Shown here: piece by piece, positions 1-13,278 of the stretch
How the letters are laid out: every line of letters begins with the position of its first letter
How positions within the stretch are numbered: the stretch's first letter is position 1
Origin: Antedon mediterranea
Lineage: Eukaryota; Animalia; Echinodermata
Length of the DNA: 64,000 nucleotides
Assembly: GCF_964355755.1 (NCBI RefSeq)
Contig: NC_092673.1
Span: 35,213,648-35,277,647 of the forward strand
Direction: 5' to 3'
The notes under the pieces: generated by a model
What the model saw: only the letters and a program-made list of their open reading frames with translations
Database searches by the model: none
What the model was told of the DNA's origin: nothing
Translations under genes and position numbers: made by a program

Positions 1-459
1 CCACATATGAGTGAACAGCTGCAATTTTCAATTCAAACATGTTTCTGAGTTTTCGATTCGCATGAATGCGTGATAACTCATTTTCTGAGTTTTGATTGAC
101 TTAATTTCAGCAAAAATGGAAATTATAGTTTATTAGAGTTGTTCTACATTTTACAATGTTTTTCTGTTCATTAACAAAGGGAATGAAGTGAAAAAAGTCA
201 CTGACCATTAGAATGTCCAAGATGAACTATTGCATTGTAGGGATTCTGTGCCATTACATTTAAACGACCACATTTTGTTTGATAAGCTGAAATCTCTTTG
301 CCAACAGAAATATCCAAATACTTTAGGTAACCAACAGAACTCTAGAAAACAGATGCAAAATGGTTAAAGATTAACAATTTTCTTTAAAGGTATCTCTCTT
401 ATATGTCTCAAACCTAAAGCCCTCAGTTGATACTATTTTTATTATTTTGTCAAATCTAA

Positions 460-611
460 AGCTCTGCCTACACTATCAAACTAGTTTTGCCAAAAAAAAA
501 GTGTAATGTGCCCAAATGATAGTAATATACCCAAATATGGTAGTGATGACATCATGTCCATATATGGGCACATTTTTTTGTCACATAAAGTTTGATAGTG
601 TAGACAGAGCT
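460..611. mobile_element. MITE family A (PIF/Harbinger-like)
   Basis: TIRs AGCTCTG(T/C)CTACACTATCAAAC ... GTTTGATAGTGTAGACAGAGCT in a TAA/TTA site; 7 or more copies in the window. Confidence 0.8.
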
Positions 612-1115
612 TTATTCATACAGTATACTTCCTCGTAGTAAATTTCACTGACCTTTCTTGCCAAAATAAATAAAAAGAAAATGTTCTTTATCTTAATATT
701 ATACAATTCCTTCCTTCTGAATGCTGCCACCACCACAACCCTTTGCCAACGGGTGTCATGAAACCTAAGATCACGAAAGCTAAGACCCCCTAAGACACCC
801 CTTTGCCAACACTATTTGTCTATTCAGTTATTTCTCCTTTCATTTACTGTGTATTTTTATTAATTAACTTTCAAATGCCTTGTGTTTCACCTGTTGTCTC
901 AGCTTAAGTGACATGTTTTCCTATAAATGCATCCTTCCATGTTAGACTATTTCATTTCAATTTCTAAGTTTTGATCTACTTGTTTTATTTTGTATATTAT
1001 GGAAAATAAATGAATGAACAGTACACCAGCATCATATCACAATATTTTCCTAATCTTACTTCACACACCATCATCCACTTTCTATTTATTCCAATTTTGT
1101 ATCAATACTACTTAC

Positions 1116-1266
1116 CGTGGCGGCTAACAAGAAATGATAAGGCAGAAATTCCATTCTAAGTACATCATTGAATGTTTTAACACAGTGAAGTTCAGTGCCT
1201 TGATGATCATATATATACAACCACTTCTTTTGTGCCACAGCTAACATAGTCTCTAGATGTAACCAT
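1116..1266 (-). CDS. WDR46: WDR46 (BING4/Utp7) coding exon 6; gene continues beyond the left edge
   Basis: tag|A...ACG|gtaag. Encodes [50 protein letters not shown], matching the WDR46 AVAQ..YIYD.QG.ELHC...LEFLP.HFLL segment. Confidence 0.95.
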
Positions 1267-1431
1267 CTAAGTATAGAAGAATTGTAAACATATAATTTAT
1301 GAGTCTTTTTTTCCAACAAGAATTAACATATAGTGCGTTTGGCATTGGATATATACAACCATAAATACCACAAACACATATCACAATTACCATCCAGGAC
1401 CGCCAACCGGACAATTAAAATAAAAACTTAC

Positions 1432-1598
1432 TGGACTTCGCGTATGGTTTCCATGACGTTAATTTCAAAAAGAAGTTTTTTTGTGACCCAATCTATTGAT
1501 GCCAAATGACCCTTCTGTCCACCAATCACAAGATGTCTACCATTACGAGTATAGTCAAGGCGATATGGTCCAAACTGATCCAATTTCAATTCAAAATA
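1432..1598 (-). CDS. WDR46: WDR46 coding exon 5
   Basis: cag|...CA|gtaag. Encodes YFELKLDQFGPYRLDYTRNGRHLVIGGQKGHLASIDWVTKKLLFEINVMETIREV; phase fits the next exon. Confidence 0.95.
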
Positions 1599-1720
1599 CT
1601 GAAAACAAACATTAAAACAATTATACTATATATTTATTTTTAAATATTAAAGTATAACTGTTACACAAGGATTGTTATAAAATTCCTAGTTTTTTAAAAT
1701 ATACTTTGACATCCATCTAA

Positions 1721-1843
1721 AGCTTTGTCTACACTATCAAACTTTATGTGACAAAAAAATGTGATGTGCCCATAATAAATGGATACAATGACATTATATC
1801 ACTACCATATTTGGGCATTTAGTTTGATAGTGTAGAAAGAGCT
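1721..1843. mobile_element. MITE family A copy
   Basis: Same TIRs, flanked TAA...TAA. Confidence 0.8.
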
Positions 1844-1915
1844 TAACACAAACACTTTCTAATGGAGCATAATCTTTAAAAAAACTTTTTTGGATTTTCT
1901 TTATAATAATATTAC

Positions 1916-2003
1916 CTTTTGTGCACTAGTAACATCTACGTTTCTTGCCAGTTCATGCTGACTGATTTTGGACGTCTCTTCACCTTCATCGGCTTCCAAA
2001 AAT
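1916..2003 (-). CDS. WDR46: WDR46 coding exon 4
   Basis: tag|...AAG|gtaat. Encodes FLEADEGEETSKISQHELARNVDVTSAQK, a conserved WDR46 segment. Confidence 0.93.
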
Positions 2004-2301
2004 CTACAAGAAACAAATATAATCCACATAGCTCTAGTGCCAAATATTTTGCACTTTATCTTCTCAAACACACCGCTAGGGCACCTTCTAATTCTTCTTT
2101 GTTTTGCAAGTTTTAAAGGCTTAACAAATACTTTGTGTTTACACTATATTTTTCTTCATTTTAGACACATTTTTATGAAACAGCCGAATGTATTTTTCGG
2201 ACATCTTTACACGTCACACATTCAGGTTGCTAAGAGGTCAAAGATACCTGTAAGTATCTATTTATCAGACTGAGTTTGCTCATATAAATCAAATACTTTA
2301 C

Positions 2302-2414
2302 CCTGCCTCCTCCGTCAACAGTAGTTCAGCCCTGGCTGCCTCTTCTTCTGCTTGCTTTATCTTGTGTTCTTCGTTTTTTAGATTCCTCTTATGTTTTTTA
2401 TCTATTAGGTGCTT
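2302..2414 (-). CDS. WDR46: WDR46 coding exon 3
   Basis: cag|...GG|gtaaag. Encodes KHLIDKKHKRNLKNEEHKIKQAEEEAARAELLLTEEAG (conserved AARAELLL.EE.G). Confidence 0.92.
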
Positions 2415-2462
2415 CTGTAAAAACAAAGACAATAATTGTTGTTGATAATGTTTATTGCAAAG

Positions 2463-3150
2463 TAGCCAATCAGATATGGCAGTGTGAAGACATAACGCAT
2501 GCTACACTGCCTATGTATAGCCAATCAGATATGGCAGTGTGAAGACATACCGCATGCTACTCTGCCTATGTATAGCCAATCAGATATGGCAGTGTGAAGA
2601 CATACCGCATGCTACTCTGCCTATGTATAGCCAATCAGATATGGCAGTGTGAAGACATAACGCATGCTACACTGCCTATGTATAGCCAATCAGATATGGC
2701 AGTGTGAAGACATACCGCATGCTACTCTGCCAATCAGATATGGCAGTGTGAAGACATACCGCATGCTACTCTGCCTATGTATAGCCAATCAGATATGGCA
2801 GTGTGAAGACATAACGCATGCTACACTGCCTATGTATAGCCAATCAGATATGGCAGTGTGAAGACATACCGCATGCTACTCTGCCTATGTATAGCCAATC
2901 AGATATGGCAGTGTGAAGACATACCGCATGCTACTCTGCCAATCAGATATGGCAGTGTGAAGACATACCGCATGCTATTCTGCCTATGTATAGCCAATCA
3001 GATATGGCAGTGTGAAGACATACCGCATGCTACTCTGCCAATCAGATATGGCAGTGTGAAGACATACCGCATGCTACTCTGCCTATGTATAGCCAATCAG
3101 ATATGGCAGTGTGAAGACATACCGCATGCTACACTGCCTATGTATAGCCA
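2463..3150. repeat. 55-bp minisatellite with 44-bp deletion variants, in a WDR46 intron
   Basis: Unit tagccaatcagatatggcagtgtgaagacataccgcatgctactctgcctatgta, about 13 copies. Confidence 0.95.
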
Positions 3151-3242
3151 CAGCAACATTTGTCATTATGTGCTTACGATGATCATCCTATTGAGGAGAT
3201 CAGGTCTAAAAAAACATCTACCTAAGAACATGGTCAGAATTT

Positions 3243-3432
3243 AAAAGACAATGATGATTAAAGTCATTGGTTCGGTGCAGTTCATTGGGGTTTGGAGGAG
3301 GAATTCGTCAGACAATGATGATTAAAGTCATGGGTTCGATGCAGTTCATTGGGGTTTGGAGGGTTCGGTGTAGTTCATTGGGGTTTGGAGGGTTCGGTGC
3401 AGTTCATTGGGGTTTGGAGGAGGAATTCGTCG
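3243..3432. repeat. Nested short tandem duplication (~29-bp core)
   Basis: ggttcggtgcagttcattggggtttggag occurs 4 times. Confidence 0.85.
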
Positions 3433-3458
3433 GGCCGAGATACTGTATTCATTCTTAC

Positions 3459-3635
3459 CACATTATTTTGTTCTCCTCTTTTATATTTCTTCAGTGCTTC
3501 TTTATTAATTGGAGCTGGCCCTGCAAATTTGTCTTTCCTTTTGTTCCTTTTCTGTTTATTTTCATCTTCCACCATCTTCTCATCTTCAACATCATTGTCA
3601 GCTTTATCATCATTGAAATATCGTGATGAAGATGA
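3459..3635 (-). CDS. WDR46: WDR46 coding exon 2
   Basis: cag|...GTG|gtaag, 177 nt, phase 0-0. Encodes SSSSRYFNDDKAD...KRKDKFAGPAPINKEALKKYKRGEQNNV (DxFxGPAP motif). Confidence 0.85.
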
Positions 3636-4357
3636 CTGGTAAAAAAATTGGTATTATTTATTATATTAAACAATGTTTTTACAAATTTCTCTAATAACTT
3701 ATCAAACTGTTATATTATCATGTAAACGCTTATCCATTATCCTCTTTTTTTTTGCCAGCTAAAATGAAATTATGAACTATATTTTTGATACAGTGCATAC
3801 TGTATCGGAAATACTAAATTATTATTATATCTTATTATATACTCCCCTGTTTAAAAAAATGTTGGATCCGCCCCTGATATTGATTAATAAATAGAAATTC
3901 TGGTCTCTGTGAAAGTGATTAGGCCTGATATTTGTATATCCCACTTGCTTGTTTTATGGTAGAATCACTTTTTGGGGACAAAAATCAATTGCATTAAATA
4001 AGCCTAATTCTATTTTATGAAAAAATGGAAATCGGAATTATTAATTGGATTAATAAATGAATGAATAAAAAAGGAGAGTTTAAATCAATCAGATAATCGG
4101 ATGTTAACACAGGGTACAGTATATAAAATTGCTAGGCCTGATCACTTCCTTTTAGAATAAAAAAAAAACTAGCAGGGAACACGCAACACCGTGATCATCA
4201 AGACCTCATCCTTACTAATTAACAACGACAATCAGAGGCCTAGCTTTAAAACTTGTTTACTGATAATAGCAATGAATTTCATGGCTATTAAATTATACAA
4301 ACGTGAGCATAGTTCAATAATAAAGTCGAATAGTTAGATTGAAATAAAAATTATTAC

Positions 4358-4390
4358 GTTTCTCTTCTGTACAGGGTTACTTTGCTCCAT
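4358..4390 (-). CDS. WDR46: WDR46 probable first coding exon (MEQSNPVQKRN; an in-frame upstream ATG lies at 4414)
   Basis: AAAAT-ATG-G start context; phase-0 donor AAC|gtaata joins exon 2; next to a less AT-rich promoter-like stretch. Confidence 0.6.
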
Positions 4391-5061
4391 ATTTTGTGTT
4401 TCTAGCTGTAGCATGCACCGTCACACAAAACATGTGTTGTGTGACCACCAGTGACCGGACCACGCACATGGTAGAGTCTACTCTTTAGCAGGTAACAACT
4501 CTAAAACTGGTTTTCCAAAGAAGTTTTATCTGGTAAATATCTTATCTATATTTATTTACATTATTATTTACAAACAATTTAATGAATGTATTTTAATAGC
4601 CTTAAAATCCAATATACTATACAATACAACAATACAAGGAAACAAAATGGTTTCACAGTTTGTAAAGCTATATATTTTTACCTCCTACTACAAATGGTAT
4701 GAACCAGCTAAGTTAAAATACAGTGGACCTAAGCTTTAACCAAATATCCGTATTATATTTAATTTATACTAATGAACGAACAATGACCAAAAAATCATCA
4801 TCATCATCGAATCTTCCAGTGTTCAAATAAAAGTTTCTATACAAATAGGTACTTTTTTTTATTAGTTTTAATACTTTTTGAACTTCGATGTTTATAACAT
4901 TTTCAGTTTTGGTAAATTTCTTGTAACGTTGGAAATCGTAATTACTTTGTTTAATATTTGTCTGTTTTGGATTGAGCGAGTAGTATGTTTCGTATTCGTA
5001 CCTGTTTGGTATTTCCTTGATTAATAACTCTGTTTTTATTATTTTAGTTGCATATTATGAA

Positions 5062-5140
5062 AGCTCTGTCTACACTATCAAACTTTATGTGACAAAAAAA
5101 GGTGATGTGCCCATATATGGACATGATGATGTCATATCAC
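5062..5140. mobile_element. MITE family A, half copy
   Basis: Left TIR plus internal gtgatgtgcccatatatggacatgatgatgtcatatcac, then truncated. Confidence 0.7.
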
Positions 5141-7335
5141 ATACGTACGTGCGCAAGTTTGCGCAAACTATAGGAGGCACGTGGTGAACGTACGCGCGCG
5201 TGTAATGCAGTCCTACTTAGCAACGTTTCTTTGACAACCATAACAAACGAAAAACAACATTGCAACTGGAAGGTTCTTTATAATTTCGCTCTTGAAAAAC
5301 TTACTAATTTATCTTAAAAAACGCACTTTCGTCAATGTTTATAGGCGGATGTTTAAACGAAAGCGCAGACAAATGAATGGAACGTTTTCAATTGGGTAGG
5401 AAAAATAAGTTCAAATATAAGGTAAGTCTATTATATATGGCCTATTATAATTAAGCATATGTATTTCTTTCAATACTGTATAATAATACTCTTTTCTCAC
5501 GTTTTTTAGTCAGTACATACACTACTGTATAATTTAAGTTTTTCATCGATATGAGTAACAATATTTATTTGTGAACATTTGCTTACCAATAAATACTACT
5601 ACTAGGCTTAGGGCCTATGTTAATGTACTTTCATGTTTAATCTTTAATCATCAACACCTAGTGATTAAACATTACAGTACACTGAGTTACATATAAAATA
5701 ATTTATAAATATTAACTTTGTTGATCTTTTGATGTAAATTTTATTCGCTCAAAACGCTCAAGCTAGATGGACACATGAAATTATACTCATCCATAATTTC
5801 TGCTTTAGATTGCTGCTGCTCAGTACGCTGTACGCGTACTGTCTCGGCGGATCGCGGCGGGTGTGGTAAATGCGCCGTGAAATACGTGTGCGCGCGAGTA
5901 CGTTACTTAACAACATATCTTGGCAACTCAAACAAACAAAACACAGATTTCAATTCTAGAGGACAGAATGTTTGCTGATGGTTACCTCCTGAATATAATA
6001 TGCTCGATGAAACAACAACAAACATATATCGATATTGCCACGACATTTAACAATCAAAAAGGTAGTTATTTTGATAGACTAGATATTATTATAGAATTTA
6101 AAATATATAATAGTGGGAATGTGTCTTGTTCTTTTGTATCACTGCCAAGTAAAAGTATCACGCACGGAGGAGGCTTCAGTTACAAACAAAATTCAATCAA
6201 TTAAAATTGGAAAACATTTGTTTGAAAAGAAATTTATCAAATTATTACTGATATTAAAATAATAATCGCAATAAGTAACAGAAAATATAATAACAAAATG
6301 TAGAAAGCTAACAAAATTATATGTAGGTACAGTCAAAACTATTATTTTAGTTACATCGCCCTCTACAGAATGTATAGATATGTGGGAACGTCTCTCTTGA
6401 ATTAAAAATATGTAAGTAACAATTTGTATTGATTACAAAACAATATAATAAATATATAATGAACAAGACCAAACCAGGAAGTAGTAATTAATATTAAAAA
6501 TTAAAAATATGCTTACATAAAGTAATACAGCATCTCTCCAATCATTAAGTTGGGGAGGTGGGGGAAGGTTGGGGGTATATGAAGTGGAGGGAAAAAATAC
6601 TGTATTGTTCTTATTGATCATGACGTCATTTGATTGGATTTAAAAAAAAATTATATTCATGAAAAGCAGTATAAATGATTATCCTAAGTACCAGGATGAA
6701 AACTCGATTTCCTTTGTATGTATGCTTATCTATCGTCCGTAGTGTAAACGGGCCTTGTTGATAACAACAAATACAACATGTAAGAGTCATTTGATGTTTT
6801 TTATTAGGTCTGGAGGTAATGTATTACAAAACACAGTAATAATTAACAAAATTAATCAAATGATTCTAGTACATTGAAATATAAACAAAGATTAACAGGT
6901 GGTTTATTACAGGTGTCAATATGATTAAATATATTTACATAATTTACATATTAAAATCATTGTCAGCAAAACACTATTTTCATGTAGTGTGAACCACCAA
7001 TTCAAACAGAATACATTCGGGCATTGATCACTGTGAACAGGGTTATCTGATCAATAGTCAGACAATACATAATATGTTGAAATTTGTTTAAGACGCATTT
7101 CAAAAAGTAGGCCTGTTTTAAAATTGAAAACTACAAACCATCATTTAGACCTAACTTTAATAATTACCATAACATTAAAACAAATTTCTTTCTGGAATTT
7201 ACATCATTATTTTCAATTTCAATATAAAAATGGTTAAGTTAAAAATAAAATAATTATTGTATTTACACATCTAATAAGTTGTATTGTGTCCCACACAAAA
7301 CTACAGAATGTATTTAGTATCTAAGCTCACCACAA

Positions 7336-8990
7336 ACTTAGTGTTTAGTACCTGAACACATGGTGTAGTGCATACACTGTCTTATAACTTAGTGTTTAGT
7401 ACCTGAACACATGGTGTAGTGAGTACACTGTCTCATAACTTAGTGTTTAGTACCTGAACACATGGTGTAGTGCGTACACTGTCTCATTACTTAGTGTTTA
7501 GTACCTGAACACATGGTGTAGTGCGTACACTGTCTCATAACTTAGTGTTTAGTACCTGAACACATGGTGTAGTGCGTACACTGTCTCATTACTTAGTGTT
7601 TAGTACCTGAACACATGGTGTAGTGCGTACACTGTCTCATAACTTAGTGTTTAGTACTTGAACACATGGTGTAGTGCGTACACTGTCTCATAACTTAGTG
7701 TTTAGTACCTGAACACATGGTGTAGTGCGTACACTGTCTCATAACTTAGTGTTTAGTACCTGAACACATGGTGTAGTGCATACACTGTCTCATAACTTAG
7801 TGTTTAGTACCTGAACACATGGTGTAGTGCGTACACGGTCTCATAACTTAGTGTTTAGTACCTGAACACATGGTGTAGTGCGTACACTGTCTCATAACTT
7901 AGTGTTTAGTACCTGAACACATGGTGTAGTGCGTACACTGTCTCATAACTTAGTGTTTAGTACCTGAACACATGGTGTAGTGAGTACACTGTCTCATAAC
8001 TTAGTGTTTAGTACCTGAACACATGGTGTAGTGCGTACACTGTCTCATAACTTAGTGTTTAGTACCTGAACACATGGTGTAGTGCGTACACTGTCCCATA
8101 ACTTAGTGTTTAGTACTTGAACACATGGTGTAGTGAGTACACTGTCTCATAACTTAGTGTTTAGTACCTGAACACATGGTGTAGTGCGTACACTGTCTCA
8201 TAACTTAGTGTTTAGTACCTGAGCACATGGTGTAGCGAGTACACTGTCTCATAACTTAGTGTTTAGTACCTGACCACATGGTGTAGTGTCAGTAGTGTCT
8301 CACTTACTGTTCAGTGTCTAAACACATAGTGTACAATGTTTAGTATCTGACTACATGTTTGGTGTGTATAATGGACACTGTGTGTTTAGTACCTGACCAC
8401 ACGGTGTAGTGCCAGTAGTGTCTCACTTACTGTTTAGTGTCTAAACACATAGTGTACAATGTTTAGTATCTGACTACATGTTTAGTGTGTATAATGACAC
8501 TGTGTGTTTAGTACCTGACCACATGGTGTAGTGCCAGTAGTGTCTCACTTACTGTTTAGTGTCTAAACACATAGTTTACAATGTTTAGTATCTGACTACA
8601 TGTTTGGTGTGTATAATGACACTGTGTGTACAGTATCTGATCACACGGTGTAGTGCCAGTAGTGTCTCACTTACTGTTTAGTGTCTAAACACATAGTGTA
8701 CAATGTTTAGTATCTGACTACATGTTTAGTGTGTATAATGACACTGTGTGTTTAGTACCTGGCCACATGGTGTAGTGCCAGTAGTGTCTCACTTACTGTT
8801 TAGTGTCTAAACACATAGTGTACAATGTTTAGTATCTGACTACATGTTTCGTGTGTATAATGACACTGTGTGTTTAGTACCTGACCACTTACTGTTTAGT
8901 GTCTAAACACATAGTTTACAATGTTTAGTATCCGACTACATGTTTAGTGTGTATAATGACTGTGTGTACAGTATCTGATCACATGGTGTA
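7336..8990. repeat. 51-bp minisatellite grading into a related ~122-bp unit
   Basis: aacttagtgtttagtacctgaacacatggtgtagtgcgtacactgtctcat about 18 times, then about 6 longer units from ~8260. Confidence 0.95.
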
Positions 8991-10992
8991 CAGGAGTTAC
9001 AGTATAGTGTTTTACCAACTAGTGTTTAGCATGTCACCAGTTCAGTGTATAGTGTCTCACCTCATGGAACAGAGTATCTAAATCATGTTGTTACTTAGGC
9101 CTACTGTATAACATACAGTAATTTCTCCATGCTTATGTAAGCATTTTGCACCAAACACTATGTAATGCTATTACAGTATCTCATCCTAAGAACACACTAA
9201 GATTCTGTACTATAAACTGTAGAATACAGGCTGGGACATAATGTATCTTAGTATTGCATCACCTGATAAATACAACAATTGTAAACTATGCAAGGTTCGG
9301 CATAGCAAAGTATAGTCACTATTATATTAATTTAATTTCATCAAGTTATGAGTACAGTAGTACAGGATTATAATACTGTATAGCGTAAAACATAAAATGG
9401 AATGCTTTCTTCCTAGCTGGATTGTAAAATAAAATTATATGGAATCAAATTTGAATTTTACATTGATACGTTTTCCTTCCTAAAATTACATTTAATTTAG
9501 TGTTTTGGTAATGAATTGTGGAATATTAAATGTAATAATACGATCAAACAAACCAAAATTAACAAACAGATTATAAAATAGCTTGAACCTTGACACTAAA
9601 TCTATTTTTACACTTGTACATGTTATTAAAACAATTTAGAATATTGTATTCATTGTTATAAAAACAAAGCATACCGTACGTACTAACACCGTAACAGAGC
9701 ATACGTACTAACACCGTAACAGAGCATACGTACTAACACACAGTATATTGAAAGAACATAAAGAACATCAAAATGTAACTAAAAATGTCGGTTAAAACTT
9801 TTTATAAAAAGGAAAATAACTGATAAATAGTGCAATGTTAAATTTAGTGGCAAACAGGGTAATTTGGTGATTGGGGATAATTTGTACTATTTCTTTGATA
9901 TTCACGATCCTCTTGATGCAAATGCAAATCTACAGTTAACAGGTATTTTGTCATTCATCTCGCAATATGATTAAATAGAATTCAATGTCACAAGTCAAAT
10001 ATTCAAGAATATTCAGATGGAGACATTCAATGCGTTACAAAAAATGTTGCTACACCGTGCTTAATGCAATCCCATAAGGCATTGTAAATTTGCCGATGGA
10101 ATATATGTGACAGGTGGTTGCCGTGATTACGGACTTTACAATGTCAAAGTAATGTATGAATATATGTTGTATGGAATATTAACATTTTCTTTTGATGTAA
10201 ATCATTTAAAATTGAGTTACCATCAGCACCACTGCCAGGTATCATAATCATTATCATAATTAAAATTATCAAAATCTTATTAAAAGTAAAATTATTATTA
10301 ATCATTGTAATTCAATTTAAATTAGTAACATCAGCATCTGATTTCTTATTATTAACATAACATGCTAGAATTATATCTATGTAATCTTAATTAAAAACAT
10401 ACAGTTATTAATGTTACGTTATTATCATTAATCATAATAATAATAAAGAAGTTTATCTTTATTATGTTATTCCATCATACAAAGGTTTGCAATTGTCAAC
10501 TTAACACTTAATATTTTTTGACCACTATAACATGACCATTTCAACTACTAAAATAATGATCTGATGTGATAATATTTAGAAGGGAAAAAAATAATAGAGA
10601 AAAATAATTTAAACAAAAAAATTAAATAAAATGGTTAAAATGTCCAAAACAAAATAGTAAACATTCAACATTTTTAAAAAGCCAATTTTCTATCACAAGT
10701 TCAGGAAAAAGTGATTAAAATACTTGGCTAAACATTGTGTTTAGAATTTGCCAAGAAATTAGAATGAATATGTTGGAATTTAAGATCTTTCTAAAAAAAA
10801 ACCAAGTAAATAAAATACGCACACACACACACAATATGTACATAAATAACAAAATAAGATAATAAAATAAATTAAACATTTATACAGATAATTTTGAATG
10901 TTGTAAAGGCCATTATGTTGTCCCCTTTGTACATTACCACCATATTTTTTTTAGCAAAATATGTTTTTTTTTTTCGCTATGAGTACAAAAGA

Positions 10993-11166
10993 CTATTTTT
11001 CTTGAGAGATAACATCATTTGATAATGACTCTGGAAGATCACACCTCTGTTCTTCTAACCGTTGCGATTGTACTCGTGAAATTAACATGAAAAAGTCTTC
11101 GTCTGGTACGGTCGGGGCTTGTACACGTTCAGGAGCGTCTGTGCGTTGGTCTTCTATTCTTGTGCT
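10993..11166 (-). CDS. GPSM2: GPSM1/2 (LGN/AGS3/Pins) terminal coding exon: end of GoLoco 3, GoLoco 4, stop
   Basis: cag|STRIEDQR...PTVPDEDFFMLISRVQSQRLEEQRCDLP...EK-TAG (stop 10993-10995). Confidence 0.95.
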   Translation of the reverse strand, partial: STRIEDQRTDAPERVQAPTVPDEDFFMLISRVQSQRLEEQRCDLPESLSNDVISQEK

Positions 11167-11334
11167 CTGAAACGATTTAAAAATATATTATTATTAGGAT
11201 GTGACTATTTAAATCAAGTTCAAGTTCATGTTCAAATTTATTCACATAATGCAAACATATACAAAATATAAAAGATACAAGTGGTTGGAAATTAAGTAAA
11301 TAATAGTTGCATTATGCCTGGAGAATACCAGGAG

Positions 11335-11520
11335 TTGAATGGCATTTAGTGGAGTTGAGTTGAGTGAAATTGAGTTGAGTGGAATTGAGTTGAGTTGACT
11401 TGAATTGAGTAGAATGGGGTTTAGTGGAATGGAGTTGAGTGAAGTTAAATTGAGTGGAATGGAGTTGAGTGGAGTTGAGTTGAGTTGAGTTGAGTGGAAT
11501 GGAGTTTAGTGGAATGAAGT
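11335..11520. repeat. (GAGTT/GGAAT)n pentamer microsatellite
   Basis: Directly visible in the sequence. Confidence 0.9.
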
Positions 11521-11580
11521 TGTAGCTCGGTGGTTAGCATGCTTGGCTACCAATCCCAGGTTCAAATAACAACTCCACTC
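11519..11580 (+). mobile_element. tRNA-derived SINE head (internally deleted)
   Basis: A box TAGCTCGGTGG, B box GGTTCAAA; same family as 41753-41912. Confidence 0.6.
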
Positions 11581-12894
11581 TTATGGACTTTATGTATATC
11601 ATCTTGGTGTCTATGTTCTGTGAATGGAATAAATAAATACAAAATACTGTATATAAAATAAGTGTGATTAGAATTATTTTGATTGTGTCTGAATTTGGGC
11701 GTATTCAACGTCATACTGTCTGTACAGTTAAAAATTTAATTTAAATAATGTCTAATTGCTTCTCAGTTACCTATGTCACACTAACATGTTTCATTTACAT
11801 GAAATTCAATGTAATAATATATTCATCTCAATATCTAATTTCTTTAATAGCATTATTATTTAGAATACACTTTTCTTTTCAATTTATGGTATTTGTTCAA
11901 AAACGTTATGCTTGATATAAACACAGTATACAACACAGTATAATGTTATGCTTATAAGCATAATATTTGAACTTGAATTGATGAAAATTGTTTGACTAAC
12001 GAGAATAAAATAGTTGGCCAAGTGAATGCCTATGGTTGCATAGCTGTAACAGATCAAGTCTGATAGAACTAGGTCATTTTCATCACCTACAGAATTTATA
12101 TTACTAGAAATCATTGTTTTTATTTTCTCTTCCTGTGGAAAGTTAAGTGGGCTGTTACAGCTCTACGTATGGTAGAACCAGTAGAGCGATGCTAAGTGCT
12201 TTTGCAGAGTCGTATAAAGTGCCCGTCTTAACGGTAGCTGCAACGATTCGGTTTTTGTCGATAAGTAATTTTTATATAAATATTTGTTAAAAGCAAAAGA
12301 TTTATTATTCACTAAAGAGAACTGATTAAATAATATTTGTTGATTATGATATTGTTAAACACAGAAATCATTTTAGATATAGCATATTCCAAAAACACTA
12401 AATTTCACCAGTCAAATCACAACTAGCTTATTTATACAGTAAAACCAACATCACAATATTGTTGCTCATAGTGATAGATTGAATGTTACCAGATTCAATT
12501 GATTTCATCCGATAAACAACTTTTTTTATTCTCAATCACCAGGTGAATTTTTATTTTATTATTGTTAACATATATTATATTTGTCAGAGTTCAATTTTTG
12601 ACTAACCTATAAAAACTAAAATGACAAATACACACCTATTCCATGAAATATCTCCTAACTTTTGTTGCCTAATTGCCTGTAACGTGAAAAGTAAATTACA
12701 CTAACGTCTTTACGTATTTGGTTACCAATGAGAGGTAGTTAACGTATTTTGATAGGAAATCTTGACTACCTAGGCAAGCACTTGAAGCAATTTTTCCATT
12801 ATACTTAATCCTCGTCACAGGAAGATATCATTAAATTATATAAATAGAATCTATTGGTAATCTCACCAAACACCAAATGTCATGATCTACTAAC

Positions 12895-13079
12895 CTGACA
12901 GCGTATCAACATATCAAAGAAGCTATCGTCGGGTACGTTAGATGGTTCTTTTAATTTGGTAAGGATATCTTCGTCTTTGTTACGTAAACCTGGTAGTGAT
13001 TCAACGTTCATTCGTTGTTCATTCATTCGTTTACCTTGGAATTTTGCTATACTATTCATAAATTCTTCTTTGCCTTCAT
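12895..13079 (-). CDS. GPSM2: GPSM1/2 exon: GoLoco 2 and first half of GoLoco 3
   Basis: cag|...CAG|gttagt. Encodes EGKEEFMNSIAKFQGKRMNEQRMNVESLPGLR...PDDSFFDMLIRCQ; phases consistent. Confidence 0.95.
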
Positions 13080-13174
13080 CTGAAAATCAAAATTAACAAT
13101 TTATTAGTGATATAAAAAGTTAACAAAACAAATTTTTCTTGTTTTTCATTTAATTATTTGTAAGCTTTTTCTTA

Positions 13175-13278
13175 AGTAGTGATATCCCCAAATATGGTAG
13201 TGATAAGAAGTCATCATGTACATATATGGGCACATCACATTTTTTTGTAACATAAAGTTTGATAGTGTGGACAGATCT
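13175..13278. mobile_element. MITE family A, partial copy
   Basis: Internal core and right TIR tttgatagtgtggacagatct. Confidence 0.7.

Noticed and set aside
2463-8990. Regular repeat arrays as possible CRISPR arrays
   Set aside because: Head-to-tail units with no unique spacers, no cas genes, and a eukaryotic context.
11519-11580. tRNA gene
   Set aside because: A and B boxes are present but no cloverleaf; matches the SINE at 41753-41912.
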